NCBI GenBank assembly: GCA_963693055.1
Contig: OY843751.1
Coordinates: 5,120,001 to 5,184,000 of the forward strand
DNA: 64,000 bases
Origin: a bacterium
Lineage (GTDB): Bacteria > Zhuqueibacterota > Zhuqueibacteria > Residuimicrobiales > Krinioviventaceae
Direction of reading: 5' to 3'
Of this stretch, positions 61,971 through 64,000 are shown one piece after another; the first letter of the stretch is position 1, and each line of letters begins with the position of its first letter. The notes beneath the pieces are model-generated. The model ran no database searches, had not been told where the DNA came from, and saw nothing but the letters and a program-made list of their open reading frames with translations. Made by a program: the position numbers and the translations under genes.

Positions 61971-63128
61971 TTACTCTTTTATTCGCCAGTGTGTTGCCTT
62001 TAAAACCGTCATTTCACCACGTTTGGGCGACTGGTAATATATAGAATAGATGGATCCATCGTCCAGTTGAACGGATGCCGGGTATCCCAAATCACTATTG
62101 GTAGCGGATGACAAGGTAAATACATTATCAACATCCCAGGTTTCGCCATTGTCACGACTAACACAGGCGCGTTCACCATAGGGTTCTTTACGGTATCCAT
62201 AAGTTACCAACAGCCAACCATTGTTGAGGCGAGCTAAATGCGGCGGATAGCCCCAAATACCGGATGTATGCAGAGGCGTCCAGGTAACACCGCCATCAAA
62301 ACTCTCGGACTGGATCAGTTCATAATGATGAGGTTCTCCATGGTAACGGACCATGGCAACCAGGCGGCCGTCGGCTGCTTCGATTACATGCGGTTCATGA
62401 AAATCTTTTGCACCGGGATCAAAATTCTCAGGAATGGGAATATAACCAATGATCTGCCAGCTTTTGCCGTCATCACGGGATTCTGCCGCGGCGATTCTAT
62501 ATGCGGCTGCAGGACTCGCACTGTTCTGGTCTCCCACTTTTTTATTGATACCCACATACAGTTGGCGGCCATCGGTTAGCTGAACAGGACCATGCGGCGC
62601 ACTTACTTTGGAATCAATATAATCGCCCCAGGTCAATCCACCGTCGGTAGAACGACGCACCCAGTTACCTATCCATTGTTCTCGAGTATCAGGACCTATC
62701 TTTTCAATATGACGTTTCCAGCTCAATACCCGTTCCTTTGTATAGTCCTGCCATTTTCTTTCAAACTGATAAGCAAACGCTAATGAAGTAAACCAACTCA
62801 CAATGAGCGTATTATTCCGTGTACGCAGAATACCGGCATCACGATCATCCAGCGGGGTATTGTTGATGGTAACCGGATCGGACCAGGTGGCGCCATTGTC
62901 CGTACTGGTGATCATCTGTGTCACGCCCCACGGACAAACATGTGATTCACGGTCACCGGAAAATACCACATATAACGTTCCATCCTCTCCTTTATCAATG
63001 GTAGGCCAGCCGATATAGCGATCCGGTTGTTGGCAGATAACCTTTTCTGAAAGGATCTCTGCTTCAGGAGCTGCTGCAGCTATAGATACAGCAAAACAGA
63101 TCAGAAATAACAGGGTCACTCTATTCAT
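61971..63128 (-). CDS. Sialidase-family (BNR repeat) protein
   Basis: Multiple SxDxGxTW Asp-boxes, DDRD, DLGYP. Confidence 0.88.
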   Translation of the reverse strand: MNRVTLLFLICFAVSIAAAAPEAEILSEKVICQQPDRYIGWPTIDKGEDGTLYVVFSGDRESHVCPWGVTQMITSTDNGATWSDPVTINNTPLDDRDAGILRTRNNTLIVSWFTSLAFAYQFERKWQDYTKERVLSWKRHIEKIGPDTREQWIGNWVRRSTDGGLTWGDYIDSKVSAPHGPVQLTDGRQLYVGINKKVGDQNSASPAAAYRIAAAESRDDGKSWQIIGYIPIPENFDPGAKDFHEPHVIEAADGRLVAMVRYHGEPHHYELIQSESFDGGVTWTPLHTSGIWGYPPHLARLNNGWLLVTYGYRKEPYGERACVSRDNGETWDVDNVFTLSSATNSDLGYPASVQLDDGSIYSIYYQSPKRGEMTVLKATHWRIKE

Positions 63129-63162
63129 AAAATCCTCACAATTATAAATTCATAAATTAGAA

Positions 63163-64000
63163 TTATTCTTTAATCCGCCAGTGTGTTGCCTTTAACACCG
63201 TCATTTCTCTGCGTTCAGGTGCCTGGTAATATATCGTATATATGGAGCCATCATCCAGTTGGACCGATGCGGGATATCCCAGATCACTATTGTTTGCGGA
63301 TGACAAAATAAATGCATTGTCTACATCCCAGGTCGTACCATTGTCACGACTGATACAAGCGCGTTCACCATGGGGTTCTTTACGGTATCCATAGGTCACC
63401 AGCAGCCAGTCATTACTGAGACGAGTGAGATGCGGTGGATACCCCCAAATACCGGATGTGTACAGCGGGGTCCAGGTCACGCCGCCGTCAAAACTTTCGG
63501 ACTGGATCAATTCATAATGGTTAGGCTCTCCGCTGTATCGGAACATAGCTACCAGCCTGCCATCTGCCGCTTCAACCACATGCGGTTCACTAAAAGAGCC
63601 TGATCGGCTGTATTTTTCTGGAATAGGGACATAACCAATGATCTGCCAGCTTTTACCGTCATCTCTCGATTCTGCTGCAGCAATACGATGAGCTTTTGCA
63701 GGATTTGCGCTTTTTCGGTCACCTACTTTTTTATTGATTCCAACATACAACTGTCGACCATCAGTTAGCTGAACAGGACCATGCGGCGCCGTCACTTTGG
63801 AGTCGATATACTCTCCCCATGTCAATCCACCATCAGTGGAACGACGGATCCAGTTTCCCAGCCACTGTTCGCGGGTTTCATCACTGATTTTCTCGATATG
63901 ACGCTGCCAGCTCAACACACGTTCCTTTGTATAATTCTGCCATTTTTCTTCAAACTGGTAAGCAAATTCAAGCGAGGTAAACCAACTTACGATCAGGGTA
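63163..64000 (-). CDS. Sialidase-family (BNR repeat) paralog, 5' end outside the window
   Basis: Very similar to 61971-63128; frame open to the window edge. Confidence 0.88.
   Translation of the reverse strand, partial: TLIVSWFTSLEFAYQFEEKWQNYTKERVLSWQRHIEKISDETREQWLGNWIRRSTDGGLTWGEYIDSKVTAPHGPVQLTDGRQLYVGINKKVGDRKSANPAKAHRIAAAESRDDGKSWQIIGYVPIPEKYSRSGSFSEPHVVEAADGRLVAMFRYSGEPNHYELIQSESFDGGVTWTPLYTSGIWGYPPHLTRLSNDWLLVTYGYRKEPHGERACISRDNGTTWDVDNAFILSSANNSDLGYPASVQLDDGSIYTIYYQAPERREMTVLKATHWRIKE

Overview
Bacterial chromosomal window. Several secreted proteins end in a 'YPNPFN...' FlgD/T9SS-type C-terminal domain and there is an ECF/FecR/TonB locus, which suggests an FCB-group organism such as KSB1, Calditrichota or Ignavibacteria (inference). 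Ordinary metabolic and carbohydrate genes occupy about 1-27 kb and 41.4-64 kb: SGNH esterases, GH95, GH28, sialidases, deoC, glmM, nhaC, an mglB-mglA operon and a SusD-less TonB locus. The most unusual part is a ~14 kb accessory island at 27.3-41.4 kb, directly behind tRNA-Val and tRNA-Asp. It opens with 89-bp tandem units built from the tRNA-Asp 3' half, its terminator and a swapped T-arm hairpin, flanking a small GIY-YIG nuclease. It continues with at least five orphan Rhs toxin/immunity cassettes plus a sixth remnant, separated by repeated spacers. The conserved Rhs-core motifs are interrupted by tiny GC-rich palindromic insertions whose presence varies between copies. An IS256 and an IS5 also lie in the island. 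A HesB-like selenoprotein with an in-frame UGA and a candidate SECIS (15.3-15.6 kb) was cut short by the ORF track. All calls come from reading motifs by eye; no database searches were run.
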